Source of the DNA: Eledone cirrhosa
Taxonomy: Eukaryota
Direction of reading: 5' to 3'
Length of the DNA stretch: 64,000 nucleotides
Assembly: GCA_964016885.1 (NCBI GenBank)
Contig: OZ024754.1
Coordinates: 14,322,001-14,386,000, forward strand
This document shows positions 24,056 to 36,371 of this stretch, piece after piece (within the stretch, counting starts at the first letter, position 1; each line of letters begins with the position of its first letter). A program made the translations under genes and the position numbers. A model generated the notes under the pieces. It searched no databases and had not been told where the DNA came from. It saw only the letters and a list, made by a program, of their open reading frames with translations.

Positions 24056-24639
24056 CGACTGTGTGTGTGTGAGTGTGTGTGTGTGTTTCTGTAGAGATGA
24101 AAGAGATTTTAAGATAAAATCTAACCCAGTTGATAAGACAACATTATCGTGTTTTATGAGCAATTTGCACCCATTGAATTCTTCCTCATAAAATCGAACT
24201 AAAAATCCTGTAAATTTCTGTCGATGATGTTTAATATGAAAAAATAAGATGTTTTAAATAAATAATTACTTCCTCTTAATTTCTCTTTCCGTGGAATCGT
24301 CAGAGCGTTGGACTACGTGCATATAGTTATAGCTCTTTACGTTTTGAGTTCGAATCCTGCCGAGGGTAGCTTTGGCGGTCTACTCTCAGTATAGAGTCTC
24401 TCATATTTCACCATCAATTAAAATGGAGTTGTCATGTAGTGAGTTGTCATGATGATGATCGCATCCCTAGGTAGTTCAAGTAAGTTTGGTCGAAGGTAAT
24501 CAGCTGGCGCACAAACCAAATCTGAGGTACGGGGATTGCATTAAATGCACACTGAGGAATATGAAAATATCGGCTCTGAGAACCTCGTTGTAGATCGATT
24601 TTTCTGGAAACTGTTGAAACGGCAATATATATATATCTA

Positions 24640-24897
24640 CATCTAGGGCGGGTAAAATTATCGAGATCCATGGACGAGTTCTCTCCAGCGGTCTCTGTCC
24701 CTCATTATCGCTGCCATGTCCTGCGTCTCCAACAGACCAGTGTCTGTCCTTAGGGCATCAACATACGTTAACCTTGGTCTTCCTCTTCCAGTGTGTCCAT
24801 GTAGGGGCTCCCACAGGAGCACTGAGTGCAATGTCAACTCTGGATGTCGGTGAGCATGTCCAGCTAACCTCAATCTCTTCTGTGTCACTTTTGAGCT
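24640..24897 (-). mobile_element. 5'-truncated RTE-X-like LINE 3' end
   Basis: KRLRLAGHAHRHPELTLHSVLLWEPLHGHTGRGRPRLTYVDALRTDTGL..MRDRDRWRELV; short TAGA-like tail; inserted at (TA)n. Confidence 0.85.
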
Positions 24898-24920
24898 ATA
24901 TATATATAAATACATACATA

Positions 24921-24979
<59 letters not shown>

Positions 24980-24985
<6 letters not shown>

Positions 24986-25670
24986 TATAAAGCTGACGGC
25001 CGTATGTAAGTAACAAACTTTCCGCCAGGCGGCTGGACCAAACGGCACCAAATTTGCACCATAGATGTAACTGTTTCCAAGTAAGAAAGTGAGGATATTT
25101 TTGTCTACTGAATTTTGTTAAAAGATTAAAGACTATTTAAATATTCACTTCTTTAAAATTTCAAATGTCAACACTTCCGGTTATACGACATTCCTAACGT
25201 CTTCACGAACCAAAGTATTATCTTCCTGTTTTCTTTCGGTTACAACATTTTTCGAAATATTTACTTCTGCGTTCACAGATTGACTTTTTTTAGTTTCAGA
25301 AGATCCCGTTAAGGGTGAAAGCAGCGATTCTTTGCTTAAACTTTAATCTGTTATTTTAATATATATATATATATAATTATATATTCGTGTACAGATATTT
25401 TTGCATACACAAAAACAAAATATAAACAAACGTATTTATTTAACGAAAGCACAGAGGGCTTATCATCATTGTTACTGCCGATATGCCACCCAAAAAGTCC
25501 CAGCCTGGCCGCAAGATCAGATTTTCCAGAAGAAAAAATGTTACTAGAGCAACAGAGAGACTAAGCTTCGCGATTACCATCAACAAAGCTCAGGGTCAAA
25601 CCCTAAAAGTGGCTGGCCTTCATCTGGGAAAACCATGGTCAATTGTATGTAGGATGCTCTAGGGTGAGCT
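24980..25670 (+). mobile_element. Internally deleted Helitron relic
   Basis: 5' tatactataaagctga..ggctggaccaaacggcaccaaatttg resembles Helitron starts; ORF 25483-25662 MPPKKSQPGRKIR..RLSFAITINKAQGQTLKVAGLHL plus frameshifted HGQLYVGCSRV are Pif1-like helicase motifs V and VI; 3' CTRR end not located. Confidence 0.8.
25292..25342 (+). ncRNA. Hammerhead-like motif with CAGAAGA core
   Basis: AGTTT-CAGAAGA-tccc gttaa gggt-GAAA-GCA..TGC-TT-AAACT; second copy at 37162-37212. Confidence 0.45.
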
Positions 25671-26195
25671 AAGGAAGAGGAGAGGAGGGAGAGAAGGAGA
25701 AAAGAAACCTACAATGAAAGAGCATCTTAAAGTTTACCCAAGCTAAATGTTGTGTTTATTAACATTTCTAACTGCAGGTTCTTAGCAAGCTTACTGGTGC
25801 TTTAGTATGGTATTCAATTCTCATATCGTTTTTGATTGATATGGTGCATATATCGCAGCTATTCATGCTTTAAACATTAGATAACGATTACTGATGTATA
25901 TTGTACGACAGAATTAGCTGAAAAATATTTTGAATGAACAAATAAAAGAGATATAGTTTACAAAGCAAATGCAAATCTGTGAATGACTCGAACCACGTGT
26001 TGCAATTTTAAAAAATACACACATCGCACAGCGTCATGCCAGTGGCGTGAATAGGATTATCGACAGTTAGAAATAGCAGCCGAGTCCATTCAACTGAGTT
26101 AGCTCTACAATTAAGGGGCCGTATACATATCCAAAATTAAATTAAGGGTTGTCATATCTGAGAGACATGCGCCCTTAATTTAATTTTGTATATAT

Positions 26196-26413
26196 CTATC
26201 TAAGGCGGGTAAAATTCCCGAGATCCATGGACGAGTTCTCTCCAGCGGTCTCTGTCCCTCATTATCGCTGCCATGTCCTGCATCTCCAACAGACCAGTGT
26301 CTGTCCTTAGGGCATCAACATACGTTAACCTTGGTCTTCCTCTTCTAGTGTGTCCATGTAGGGGCTCCCACAGGAGCACTGAGTGCAATGTCAACTCTGC
26401 ATGTCGGTGAGCA
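26196..26413 (-). mobile_element. Second RTE-X-like 3' end, near-identical to 24640-24855
   Basis: Same protein segment, ending GSREFYPP* followed by a TAGA tail. Confidence 0.85.
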
Positions 26414-26455
26414 TTAATTCAAAATATTAACAAATAGATATATTGTGATCAATTA

Positions 26456-26522
26456 TATTTTATTATACATATTTCAGAGGTACTGAGTTAAGTTCAACAG
26501 TACGTCCTTATCAGATAAAATA
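26456..26522 (-). ncRNA. Hammerhead ribozyme relic (G8A)
   Basis: TATTTTAT-CTGATAA-ggacgtactg..cagtacctct-GAAA-TATGTA-TA-ATAAAATA; sister copy at 62796. Confidence 0.6.
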
Positions 26523-26631
26523 AGATGATGCATGACATACCTTGACATAGTAGATGGTTAAGATTCAGTCATGGTAATAATCTATTGTATAACTCATTCT
26601 TTGATGTATTCATTGAACCTTGTTAAACTTT

Positions 26632-26674
<43 letters not shown>

Positions 26675-26676
<2 letters not shown>

Positions 26677-26930
26677 GATATTAAACAAATGGAAACTATA
26701 TTTATAAAACCATATTTATTTCATTATACATATTTCAGGGATACCATATTAAAAATATGGCATGCCTTCGTCAGATAAAATACAATATATAAACAGTTTT
26801 ATAAATAATTTTGACGTACCATAAATATAAGCGACCATTAAGATAGGAGGCTGGCTTGGTAGTCGAGTGCTTTATATCGGTTATAAAATATTTACTTGTT
26901 GTAACCCAACAATTTGAAATAAAACTTTTA
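26675..26930. mobile_element. Penelope-like pseudo-LTR with one palindrome arm deleted
   Basis: Left part matches 36329-36480 and right part (gtcgagtgctttatatc..aacccaacaattt) matches 36727-36790; lies between (TA)n tracts. Confidence 0.7.
26717..26782 (-). ncRNA. Minimal hammerhead ribozyme
   Basis: TATTTTAT-CTGACGA-aggcatgccatat/atatggtatccct-GAAA-TATGTA-TA-ATGAAATA. Confidence 0.8.
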
Positions 26931-26945
26931 CATATATATATATAT

Positions 26946-27036
<91 letters not shown>

Positions 27037-27089
27037 ACTTGTATTTGTTTTGCAATATTTTCTATCTGAAAACGTGTGTTGAAACAGAT

Positions 27090-27281
27090 ATTGTTATAAT
27101 TCGGAAGGGTCATGCGACCAATAAAAAATACGCAAGCACCTGTTGGTTTCACTTACATTTATTATTATAATTTCCCAGTCAGTTAGGTATTAAACTGACA
27201 TATAATATATTGAAGTGAAACCCAACAGGTGCGTGTGCATTTTTTTTTTATTGGCAGCATGACCCTCCTCCCAAAATATAA

Positions 27282-27283
<2 letters not shown>
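27090..27283. repeat. Imperfect inverted repeat of a dispersed element (another copy at ~40255-40375, - strand)
   Basis: gaagggtcatgcgaccaataaaaaatacgcaagcacctgttggtttcactt pairs with aagtgaaacccaacaggtgcgtgtgcattttt..attggcagcatgaccctc. Confidence 0.7.
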
Positions 27284-27368
<85 letters not shown>

Positions 27369-27803
27369 TACACACACATACACTCTCTATCTATCTATCT
27401 CTCATATAGATATATGAAGAATAGAAATGGCTGTGTAGTTGCTATTTAAGGTAACTTAAAATGCAGTGGGATACGAAGAAAACAAGAACGGGCGGGGGGG
27501 TCCTCATCAGTTGTCTACTGGGGGTCTCGGATATTTCTACGCTTCAAAGACAATATACCTCGCCCCAAGGCGTCAATAACTGGATAAGTTAATGGGAAAA
27601 CGGAAGAAAAGAAAAAAACTAACAAATCAGCGCAAAAACCCAACAAACCGAGCAATATGCGATCAACTATAGGTAGGAAATCCAAGAGCACTCGATAAGA
27701 GAACTTAAGCTCAAGACTGAGTGGTCGAGAGGAGAGAGACACACGTCTGATCGCCGCAGTTGTAAGTGAGAAGAGAACTGCTAAACGGTCAGTCGAGGGG
27801 GTG

Positions 27804-27852
<49 letters not shown>

Positions 27853-27876
27853 TGAACAATGAATATATATATATAT

Positions 27877-27936
<60 letters not shown>

Positions 27937-27947
27937 GGTTAAATAAT

Positions 27948-28077
27948 TGTTTCTACTTTAGGCACAAGGCCAGCAATTACCCAGTGCATTACTGGTACTT
28001 TATTTTATCGACCCCGTAAGGATGAAAGGCAAAGTCAACCTCGGCGGGATTTGAACTCAGATCGTAAAGGGACGAAC
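27948..28077 (-). mobile_element. 5'-truncated family A SINE with 16-bp TSD
   Basis: TSD tatacggttaaataat at 27932-27947 and 28078-28093. Confidence 0.92.
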
Positions 28078-28417
28078 TATACGGTTAAATAATGAAATTA
28101 TATAAGACAAGTTTTAGTACCTAATTAATCCATTGTTTTATAATCAGTCATTTCAAAGCTCAAAATAAACTAAGATATTATCGATATAATGACTAATCAA
28201 TAGCAGTTATGTAACTTCGTTGTATTAGACTTCATCAATTTTTCCACAAAAACAAATTTCGTTTTGTTTCCATGGGATATTTCTATCTACACTACATTGA
28301 GTTCTATTATAGTTACTACTCCATCCTTGAGTAGAATATCAATTGGATATGTGGATAGATGATAATTATAATTACTTTTGATCATAGTGTGTTGTTTAGT
28401 CAGAGTTAAGCTATGCC

Positions 28418-28847
28418 TTAACCCTTTACCATTTACATTACTCTATATTTACTATCGTATTTTCACAGTAAAGGCTTTATCTCACATAATTATCTCACAT
28501 AATATTGAATCTATGAGATTTTGATATTATTTATTTGAGGGCGGTGGATTGGCAGTATCGAGAGAGGGTCGGACGCCATGCTTTGCAGCAAAGAGTTATG
28601 GTCCTTTATGGCCTGAGTTCAAATCCCGCCAGGGTTAACTTTGCCTTTCATCTTTACGGGGTCGATAAAATAAAGTACCAGTAATACACTGAGATAATTG
28701 CTGGCCTTGTGCCAAAAGTAGAAACAATTATTTATTTGAGAACAATACCTTAACATAAGTATGAGCAGCGAGTTAAAGCCGGTTTGAACAGAAAGAGGTG
28801 AGAGAAATTCTTGCCGGATACGACCGGTTTAAATGCTAAAGGGTTTT
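28418..28847. mobile_element. piggyBac-type MITE interrupted by a SINE
   Basis: TTAA-CCCTTTACCATTTA ... TAAATGCTAAAGGG-TT(TT)AA terminal inverted repeats. Confidence 0.7.
28540..28726 (+). mobile_element. Full-length family A tRNA-derived SINE with 14-bp TSD
   Basis: A box tggcagtatcg, B box gagttcaaatcc, central domain and tail; TSD attatttatttgag at 28526-28539 and 28727-28740. Confidence 0.95.
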
Positions 28848-28974
28848 AACTAAATCAACAACAACGACGACAGCAACAACAACAACAACAACAACAACAG
28901 TTCAATGGTAAACCAGTTGTCGTTCGTTGAGTATTTTCCTCCTCCTCCTCCTCTTTTTCCGGCATATTTCATAA

Positions 28975-29051
28975 TCACCATCATCACCCCTCACTATTAC
29001 CACCAGTTCCACCACCACCTCCACCTCCAGAACATCCACCACGACCACCAC

Positions 29052-29082
<31 letters not shown>

Positions 29083-30068
29083 GTCGTCGTCGTCACCATC
29101 GTCATCATCATCATCCGCATCATCATCACCATCATCATCATCATCATCATCATCGTTGTACTGATTGTACTGATTGAAAGTGTTGATCTCAACTATGTCA
29201 TCACCAACGTTATCACCACCGCCACCACCACCTCCCCCACTATGTCACCACCACCACCATCACCAGTACCACCACCACTACCTCCATCACCACCACTATG
29301 ACGCCACCACCACCTCCACCTGCCCCACTATGTCGTCACCGCCGCCACCACCACCACCACCATCATCACCAGTACCACCACTACCACTATGTCATCACCA
29401 GTACCACCACCACCACCTCCCCCACTATGTCATCACCACCACCATCACCAGTACCACCACCACCACCTGCCCCACTATGTCACCACCACCACCACCACCA
29501 CCATCATCACCAGTACCACCACCACCACTATGTCATCACCAGTACCACCACCACCACCACCACCACTATGACACCACCACCACTATGTCACCACCACCAC
29601 CACCACCACTATGTCACCACCACCACCACCACCTGCCCCACTATGTCATCACCACCATTATCACCACCACCTCCCTCACTATGTCACCACCACCACCACC
29701 ACCACCTGCCCCACTATGTCATCACCACCATTATCACCACCACCTCCCCCACTATGTCACCACCACCACCACCACCACCACCACCTGCCCCACTATGCCA
29801 TCACCACCATTATCACCACCGCCATCACCATGCCACCATTACATACCCACAATATCCTCATCAGACGTGACCAGGTCCTCATCTTTAACACATCAACACT
29901 ATCCTCAGTATCGTTAGCAACACCATTAACAGCTTCATTATCATCTTCATCTTCATTAGAATCCTCACGAACATCATCATCATCATCATCATCATCAGCA
30001 CCACCACCACCACCATCATCATTATCATCATCATCATTATCGTGTTGTTGTCATCACCACTATCACCA
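28975..30068. repeat. (CAT)n/(CAC)n array with composite units (cctgccccactatgtcaccacc)
   Basis: Direct observation. Confidence 0.9.
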
Positions 30069-30087
30069 CTAATATAGTCACTCTGTG

Positions 30088-30144
<57 letters not shown>

Positions 30145-30161
30145 AGAGAGAGAGGGAGAGA

Positions 30162-30245
<84 letters not shown>

Positions 30246-30362
30246 AAATTCTGGCACCAGCGCCAAGCGGTTTCAGCTTGTGTGCTCAGCAAGCATTTTT
30301 ATTTTTTATATATATGGTAATAATAATTATGAAGACCAACCAAAAGCTGAAGAGGGCTCGAT

Positions 30363-30418
<56 letters not shown>

Positions 30419-31201
30419 AAACTCTAATTCAGAGATTTGATTCTGACTTAGTTTTTTTCTATTTAATTGTAGATATTGTTCTCTATACAGTAACGGTAAA
30501 ACTCACTTGTAATAATTCTTTACACACATCTCACTGTGTAACACACTTCTCTTTGTGTAATATATTTACAAATATATATATATATAAATGAAAGGTATAG
30601 AAAACATTGTAGCAAAATGACAACAGTATTCCATAATATATAAGTGACTATAGCGTCAAAATGGGAAAAATAGTTAACGTAAGATGTGGGGAAAATAATT
30701 CAAACTCATCTCAAAGAGAATCAGGATATAGATTCATCCACAGAATTTAGTGAAAGCCAGGGAAAAATCAATAGAGCCTTAACTCATGATAAAATAAAGT
30801 TTAAAATACTCATCCTTCAATTTGGAAAAAACTTCAAATGCTCTGTATAGTCTTAAAGACTATTTCACGAAAACTTTCAGTGGAGATGGTCACGGTTGGA
30901 ATTGGATCCTCAGCAGAGCTCAACTCGATAACCAAAATTTCTCACTGATTAATATGCCAAAAAGGGATTTTAAAACAGGCTAGTTCACCATCATGCGTGA
31001 TTATGAAAAATAAAACGCACGTGTGGAAAGACAGGGCTGGTGACGTCAGAATGAGACGAATGTTTGTTTACAAGAAACAACAGTCAAAAACATTCCGAAA
31101 AAAAACCTCTACAATAAGGAGTTCAGCAAAAAGCAATATTATCGCGGTTTTTTTTATAAAAAAAATACCGGGATTAGTCACAAATAATTTAAGAAATCGG
31201 A

Positions 31202-31258
<57 letters not shown>

Positions 31259-31379
31259 AGAGGTGAGTTTTATTGTAGTACAATAAAGCAATGCAAATAT
31301 CGGATAAGTAGCACTCAACAGTTTATAGGACTGGAGTATAAATAATATAAAATCAAAAGATGGTTAAAAGAGTTCCATG

Positions 31380-31449
31380 TATTTTATTATGCGCATTTCA
31401 AAACAAATATCATCATGGGGTGATATTTGCGTGCTCATCAGATAAAATA
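31380..31449 (-). ncRNA. Minimal hammerhead ribozyme
   Basis: TATTTTAT-CTGATGA-gcacgcaaatatcac..atgatatttgtttt-GAAA-TGCGCA-TA-ATAAAATA. Confidence 0.8.
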
Positions 31450-31623
31450 GGGAGACATGATATGAAGCTTAAAAAACACTTGCGGGCAGTGAAGTGTTAA
31501 AACAACATATGAAAAATAAAATAAAAATATGAAAAATAAATATCCATCTTATTTTATTTTTCATATGTTGATTTAACACTTCACTGCTCGCAAGTGTTTT
31601 TTAAGCTTCATATCATGTCTCCC

Positions 31624-31694
31624 TATTTTATCTGATGAGAACGCAAATATCATCCCATGATGATATTTGTTTTTGAAATGCGCATAATAAAATA
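31624..31694 (+). ncRNA. Minimal hammerhead ribozyme
   Basis: TATTTTAT-CTGATGA-gaacgcaaatatcat..atgatatttgttttt-GAAA-TGCGCA-TA-ATAAAATA; perfect palindromic stem III. Confidence 0.82.
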
Positions 31695-31729
31695 CATGGA
31701 ACTCTTTTAACCATCTTTTGATTTTATAT

Positions 31730-31796
<67 letters not shown>

Positions 31797-31975
31797 CATA
31801 TTTAATTAGAAAGTGAACAACACAAAATATAACTACTCCATTACCAAAGGTTTCTGGATCCCAGACAATATTAATCAGACAGAGATGTTATATATATATA
31901 TATATATAAAACTCATAGAGTACAGATTAAAGTTTAGGCGAAGAATCGCGCTGCTTTCACCCTTTTACGGGATGT

Positions 31976-32007
<32 letters not shown>

Positions 32008-32222
32008 TAAATTCAGCGAGAATCGCATTTCGGCGGGTAGAAAAAGCGAAACGTAACGTAAATTCCGAGTCATGCTGGCAAGCCCTCCATGGGCTAAAAA
32101 GAACCAGAACAATAAACATGGGTTATAAAGGCCATACAAACCGAGAAGGCGGTCAAGAAGCCATTAACCACCTAAGCCAAAAAACTAGTCAAGCTAAAAG
32201 GCCAGACAAAATAAATGACATA

Positions 32223-32300
<78 letters not shown>

Positions 32301-32339
32301 TGAAATATAAGAATCAAAGAACTGTTCAAAACATTATTG

Positions 32340-32386
32340 TGCTTACAGCTGTTTCCTCCAAACCGAGGTTTGGATTCATCGGAGCA
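32340..32386 (-). ncRNA. Hammerhead variant with CCGATGA core
   Basis: TGCT-CCGATGA-atccaaacc tc ggtttggag-GAAA-CAGCTG-TA-AGCA. Confidence 0.65.
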
Positions 32387-33412
32387 ATTTATTAATGAAT
32401 GGACAGTTATATGACCTCCTTTTCAGCCAAGAGACATACCGATACATATGCAAATATTGTGGGTCAACATTCATTACAGCATTTAGAGTGGCAGTACATT
32501 TATAATAAAAGGTACAATCAAAAATCAAAAATACAGGTTAAAATACAACATGAAGATAAGCGGTTATATAGTGCAAATGTTATATGTGTGGCAAGCACGT
32601 GCGTCTTGTTTATATAGTGTGGCAGAGAGATATGTGTGGTAGGAGAGTGTTAGGTTGGTTGATCTGGTGGCAAATTCTTTATATGATTGTTATAGTCTGT
32701 GTGTGGAGAAATGATATAAGCATTAAAAATAGTGCAAGCATTAAAAATATTAAAAGTATTGGAGATGCACAGCGAAGGGATGACAAGGACCTCATGTACT
32801 TCGACATTTTCATGGTCAGGGGAGTGTATTCTTCGATTATATGCCCCTCACATAATCCACGGCAATTCTATATTGAGCGTTTGACAATCCAGTTAGAGAA
32901 TCGTAGTCCGATGTTCTTTAGTTCAATACAGGAGGCTGTTACGTTTCGGGTTTGTATAAAAAATACATATAACTGCAAAAGGTTTTTGTATTTTCATAAC
33001 CATAAATAGTACAATTAATACTATATATATATATATATTTCTTTCTTACATTGGATTCATCTCGAAAGGTCTATTTTCTACGCGCTCATTTATTCACCCA
33101 GCTTATGCTGATAGAATAACTATGTAGCTTGTATCTCTCCCTATCTACGGTTAGCTTTTCTCTTTGTTGTTTACTTGTCTCACTCGCTTTACGCGTTTTA
33201 ATTGTCCTAATAACTTAATTTAGTTATTATTGCACCAACGTGAGGTATATGATTTTTAATGCAATGAAATATCTATGATCGTTGGCAAATCACTGATGAG
33301 GGCTCATTTTATAACATGTTATCCATGTGCAACCTGCAGTATTCTTCTCCCCATTTTTTCATATATATATATATATATATATATAACAAACCTCGACCCT
33401 TGGATTTGATGG

Positions 33413-33463
<51 letters not shown>

Positions 33464-33466
<3 letters not shown>

Positions 33467-33860
33467 GAGGGCAATCCCAAAAGTAAGGTCTCCTTCCGAT
33501 ATTGCAACTTTTCCGTTAAAATCTTGTGGATGGTGCTTCGGAAAACCCCAGGAACCAAAATGCAGAGAGCATCCAGAGTGATCCGCCGATCTTTACGCAT
33601 GTTTTCCTCAGAAGGGGACCTTACTTTTTGGATTGCCCTCTATATAATAACTGCGCAAAAATCGCACTTGGAGGTAGCGTTCAACGGGAGCTCCATTCCC
33701 AACGGCTGCCAAGCCAAGATTGAGCACCCCAGCGAAGCGCGCGCATGCTTGTTTGGGAGTGAAGGAAGCACACATCACAACAGTGTTGCCAACAGCCGAA
33801 CGAACAGTTTCTCTGCGTCCCCATCGCTTTGGAGACATTACTTTTGGGATTACCCTCGTA
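33464..33860 (-). mobile_element. Non-autonomous mariner derivative with three TIRs
   Basis: TIR tacgagggcaatcccaaaagtaaggtctcc at 33464-33493 with inverted copies at ~33614-33644 and 33831-33860; TA flanks; transposase pieces MELPLNATSKCDFCAVI and MRKDRRITLDALCILVPGVFRSTIHKILTEKLQYRK (HTH region). Confidence 0.9.
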
Positions 33861-33998
33861 TATATATAAGAGTTGGGATCTAGCAGCTGAATGGCCGGAG
33901 CTCAGCCGTCGTGGTCCTGAATTTTTTCATATATATATATATACACACACACACATATATATATATATACGTATATATACGTATATGTACGTATATAT

Positions 33999-34031
<33 letters not shown>

Positions 34032-34447
34032 CGTATATGTATGTGTGTATGTACGTATGTATGGAAGATTGTATGTGCGCGTGTGTGTATATATATATAT
34101 ATATATATTTATGTATATATACAATGGTATGCGTTTATGTGTACATGTATATATATGTGTGTGTTTATCTACACAAACACACACAGATATATAGGTGTAT
34201 GTATTTAACCTTATTGTCACGTAATTGTAATTTCCATTTGTTTACAGTTCTATCTCTATTTCAATTATTGAGTTAATAACATTTGACTTTCTTACATAGC
34301 TACCCACCCGACCCCAACCCACACAGACACCACTGACGAAACAACAGCAACAACAACAACAACAACGACGCCGACGATGATAGAAATAACAACACCAACA
34401 CATTCATGCACAATAATTTTTTTTCAGTTTTTTTACTCGTATTTTCT

Positions 34448-34511
<64 letters not shown>

Positions 34512-34546
34512 TTTGTCACGTGGTTCACTCACCTCCAGGTGTAAGG

Positions 34547-34606
<60 letters not shown>

Positions 34607-34641
34607 ATTACAATAATCAAAGTTCAGTTTAAATCATTTAT

Positions 34642-34690
34642 TTGCTTACAATTGTTTCCTCCAAACCGAGGTTTGAGTTCTTCGGAGCAA
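34642..34690 (-). ncRNA. Hammerhead variant with CCGAAGA core
   Basis: TTGCT-CCGAAGA-actcaaacc tc ggtttggag-GAAA-CAATTG-TA-AGCAA. Confidence 0.65.
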
Positions 34691-34827
34691 CTATTTAGTG
34701 ATCTATAACATACCTGACCTCCTTTTCAACACAAGAGACATATGAAAACATATGCACATATTGATCCACAGTGGGATGACATCCATCAAAATGATATAGC
34801 ATGGCAATTTACATATAAAGGTTAAAG

Positions 34828-34956
34828 GATAAAGATAAAAATAAAAATAAAAATAAAAATAAAAATAAAAATAAAAATAAAAATAAAAATAAAAATAAAA
34901 ATAAAAATAAAAATAAAAATAAAAATAAAAATAAAAATAAAAATAAAAATAAAAAT
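34828..34956. repeat. (ATAAAA)n hexamer array
   Basis: About 21 copies. Confidence 0.95.
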
Positions 34957-35619
34957 GAAGAATTGACAGTCTATGAAGATAAAGCAAGAGGAAAGTTTAG
35001 AGTAGTCAGTGTATGAAACAATCTCACGTGTAGCATGCACGCGTGTCTTATTTATACAGGATTAGAGTGCGTCAGAATGTTACTTGCAGGGTCAGGCAGT
35101 TGAAGCAGGCAATCGATATTATTATGTGGGCTGAATTATTAAATCATTTTTTCGCATACACCTGTATGATATACAGTCCCAAATGTGGAGAAACACCAAA
35201 ATATCAAAAATTTCCAACATATTATAAACCATATTGTATCGTAGGCAAAACAGTACCACTGTCTTCGCTCACACCACCACTCACATAATCCATGGGACGT
35301 AATATATAGACCACGGGTCTATCATATAATTCACGATGGTTCGGCATATAACCAAGTTATAAACCGTATCTTGTCGATTCTTAATTAATAGATAATGTTG
35401 TTTAGTTTTGTGTGATGATACTATATTCCGGAAGTGTGTGTATGACCAAGGGGAATTAATGCGTAAGGGGAGGTAACTAGCTGGTTTACTTAGTTAAATT
35501 TATTATCCTAAATTACATTAATGGTGTTTCAAATAAGTGCCTATCATATGCTGTTATAACTAATTTCTAGATTATGTTACTTATCTATAGGTTATAGTGT
35601 TGTCTATTAAGAGGTACTA

Positions 35620-35660
<41 letters not shown>

Positions 35661-35789
35661 TCCCGTGTTCAATCGGGGAACCACAGTAAGTATGGTACTC
35701 AATACATACTAGTCCTGTAGAACCCATTTCTATATTAAATCGTGTATATATATATATACATATACATATACATATACATACATATGCAT

Positions 35790-35908
<119 letters not shown>

Positions 35909-36371
35909 AGTATTGAAGCTTCCGTTGAAAATTGAAAAAGTCCTAGGAGTGAAGAGTGCTCTATGTAAGTTACAGAGCTAAATTTAATGTATAATAAACC
36001 TCTGGTAATGAGGTAATTATATTGTATTGTTTATTATACATTATATATATATATAACAAATAGTTTATCGCTCTACAATAAATGTAATCTGAGTTTTTTT
36101 TTAAATATTAGTAACATTCGATTCGTTTGCAATTATGTAAATAGCGTCTTTAAAGCCATGTCACAGAATGACTCAGTCGTTCTTGCTCTTGTATTGGCAT
36201 GTAAACAGAACTGCATACACTAATGTTTCTAGGTGATTGCCCTTCATCAGTACAGTATACTGCTTACCTGCCAACTGTCAGAAGTAATGAAAAAAAATAT
36301 ATATATATTTATATATATATAATATATATACGATATTAAATAAATGGAAACTATATTTATAAAACCATATT

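Larger units (their letters stand above)
31265..31731 (-). mobile_element. Penelope-like pseudo-LTR palindrome (arms ~31344-31522 and ~31547-31731)
   Basis: Near-perfect inverted arms, each with an HHR; extension lies on the left; flanked by (TA)n. Confidence 0.75.

Noticed and set aside
33292-33310. Isolated CTGATGA cores (also 27504-27510 on - and ttcgatga..gaaa at ~16505)
   Set aside because: No properly placed GAAA, stem III or stem I partner
33880-33915. Helitron 3' hairpin plus CTAG on the - strand
   Set aside because: The hairpin is weak, is not followed by T, and is on the wrong strand and too far from the Helitron at 24980
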